A stretch of 17,810 nt of DNA from Bacteriovoracia bacterium (GTDB taxonomy: Bacteria; Bdellovibrionota; Bacteriovoracia; Bacteriovoracales; Bacteriovoracaceae): contig JBKHVI010000052.1 in assembly GCA_046570105.1 (NCBI GenBank), forward strand, positions 1 to 17,810, given 5' to 3'. Of this stretch, positions 16,351-17,810 are shown piece after piece. Position 1 is the first letter of the stretch, and the number at the start of each line of letters is the position of its first letter. Both the position numbers and the translations under genes were made by a program. The notes below the pieces were generated by a model, which was not told where the DNA came from, did no database searches, and saw only the letters and a program-made list of their open reading frames with translations.

Positions 16351-17489
16351 CGCCTGCCTCCACCGGTTTGCCCCCAAGGCTTTGCCATTGGAGATACGCT
16401 TTCATGAATTCATCTAAATCACCATCTAAAACACTTTGCGCCTGTGAGGTGCTGTGTCCGTTACGATGATCTTTAACTAATTGGTACGGATGCAATACGT
16501 AGGAACGAATCTGCGAGCCCCACGCATTGTCTTTCTTGCCGGCCTCAACTTGGCTCTGGGCCTCACGACGCTTTTCAAGTTCGCGCTCATAAAGACGCGA
16601 CTTCAAGATCTTCATGGCCTTCACTTTGTTTTGCAGCTGCGAGCGCTCTTGCTGACAGGCGACCACAATCCCTGACGGAATGTGAGTCATACGCACAGCG
16701 GAGTCGGTGGTGTTAACCGACTGACCACCAGCACCACTGGAGCGGAACACATCCACGCGCAGATCTTTATCCAAAACTTCAATTTCAATCGTGTCATCGA
16801 TCTCGGCCGAAACATACATCGATGAAAACGAAGTATGGCGACGAGCATTGGAATCAAACGGAGAAATTCTCACTAAGCGATGAACGCCTGACTCACTTTT
16901 TAAAAGGCCGTAAGCAAAATTTCCCGTCACCTGCAAAGTGGCGCTGCGAATACCGGCAGAGTCGCCATACTGGTAATCCATGACATCCACTTTGAAGCCA
17001 TGTTGTTCAGACCAACGCTGAATCATTCGCATGAGCATGCCGGCCCAATCACAGGACTCAGTTCCACCGGCGCCCGCATTGATGGTGACGATGGCATTAT
17101 TGGCGTCTGTTTCACCGGAGAGCAGTGCCTTCTTCTCGGCTTCATTGACGGCGGCCTGGCATTTCGGAAAAGCTGTCATCGCTTCTTGCATAGAAGCTTC
17201 ATCACCCATCTCTGCCATTTCAAGGAGCACTTCAAAATCGTCCAAAGACGTTTTGAGGCGCTGATAAGTGCGGACAGCATCTTCTAAAACAGATTTTTCT
17301 TTTTGAATTTTGGCGGCGTTGGCGGCGTCGTTCCAGAAACCTTCTAAAGCTTCTAGTTCAACAATTTCTCTTAAACGCTGAGACTTTCTCTCAACGTCAA
17401 AGTGACCTCCGGATCGTTACCAGGGTTTCTTTAAACTCAGGGAGATGAGTTTTGAAATCATCAATTTTTAGTTGTGCAACTTGGGCCAT
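16337..17489 (-). CDS. prfB: Peptide chain release factor 2, expressed via a programmed +1 frameshift (about 383 aa)
   Basis: SPF (RISPFD) and GGQ motifs, GAGGTESCDW, WGSQIRSY. ORF1 from ATG 17489 encodes 30 aa (MAQVAQLKIDDFKTHLPEFKETLVTIRRSL) ending CTT TGA. The +1 frame from 17398 (DVERKSQRLREIVELEALEGFWND...) is open for 51 codons into the tracked 302-aa ORF. Confidence 0.97.
17396..17410 (-). other. RF2 programmed +1 ribosomal frameshift cassette
   Basis: Minus strand GGAGG-TCA-CTT-TGA-C: internal SD (17410-17406), 3-nt spacer, slippery CTT (17402-17400), TGA stop, then C. This matches the canonical prfB architecture. Confidence 0.96.
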
Positions 17490-17513
17490 GAGGGTCTCAC
17501 TTATAAGACCCTC

Positions 17514-17543
17514 AACTTAGCAAAAAGAGGACATCAGCGCCAA
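17514..17543 (-). promoter_or_regulatory. Candidate sigma70 promoter for the prfB-lysS-lol-bam-lpx run
   Basis: Minus strand TTGGCG (17543-17538), 18-nt spacer ending TGC (extended -10 TGn), TAAGTT (17519-17514). Moderate match only. Confidence 0.4.
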
Positions 17544-17546
17544 TAA

Positions 17547-17810
17547 CTATCGCAACGTATCGCAGTCAAACTTTGGCCCTTCGGTCGCCGTTTGTTCTGT
17601 GATGATCTTTAGCACTGCAGCAATAGTGTCACGATGAGCTGTTGATGAGCCGATTGTTAGGAGCTTGAGGTATTCTTTGAACTTCGTAGGAACCGCTTTG
17701 TACTTAATCAAGTAGTAGTAAATTTTGCGAGAAACGGCGTCACCAAGGTTGAATGGAAGCTTCGACATAATCGGCGCCTGGTCTTCGACCAAGGCCTGAA
17801 TGGCTTGTTC
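17547..17810 (-). CDS. 3' end of a hypothetical protein (5'-partial)
   Basis: The frame of ORF 17547..17792 is open to the window edge (EQAIQALVEDQAP...). Stop TAG is 57 nt before the prfB start. Amphipathic helical pattern; no family recognised. Confidence 0.7.
   Translation of the reverse strand, partial: EQAIQALVEDQAPIMSKLPFNLGDAVSRKIYYYLIKYKAVPTKFKEYLKLLTIGSSTAHRDTIAAVLKIITEQTATEGPKFDCDTLR

Noticed and set aside
598..17287. Numerous plus-strand and alternative-frame ORFs of 60-146 aa in the ORF track
   Set aside because: All lie antisense to or inside well-supported conserved genes and show no recognisable motifs. They are treated as shadow ORFs.
16337..17489. prfB as a frameshifted pseudogene or sequencing error
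   Set aside because: The break falls exactly at the canonical SD-CTT-TGA-C recoding site, and the SPF and GGQ motifs are intact.
1..17810. Mobile element, CRISPR array, tRNA/rRNA, prophage or defence system
   Set aside because: No transposase, integrase or nuclease ORFs and no spaced repeats were seen. The largest intergenic gap is 103 nt and is accounted for by promoter and leader signals.

Overview
This is a core-genome region of a Gram-negative bacterium. Gene order and protein divergence suggest Bdellovibrionota (Bacteriovoracaceae-like), but that placement is inferred, not searched. Almost all genes lie on the minus strand in one tightly packed run: partial hypothetical gene, prfB (RF2, with an intact programmed +1 frameshift that the ORF track misses), lysS, a single lolC/E-type gene, lolD, bamA, skp, lpxD, fabZ, lpxA, a GnnA-like Gfo/Idh/MocA dehydrogenase, lpxB, lpxK, a DUF3108-like putative lipoprotein, a degenerate GT-B glycosyltransferase-like gene and rpsA. 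rpsA has its own candidate promoter, leader hairpins and terminator. The 3' end of a Cys-rich plus-strand gene converges on rpsA. I found no mobile element, CRISPR array, RNA gene or defence system. The best leads for new biology concern a non-canonical lipid A pathway: gnnA without an adjacent gnnB, substitutions at normally conserved substrate-binding residues of LpxA, LpxD and LpxB, and two uncharacterised genes appended to the lipid A operon. All alignments and residue equivalences were done by eye from recalled reference sequences.
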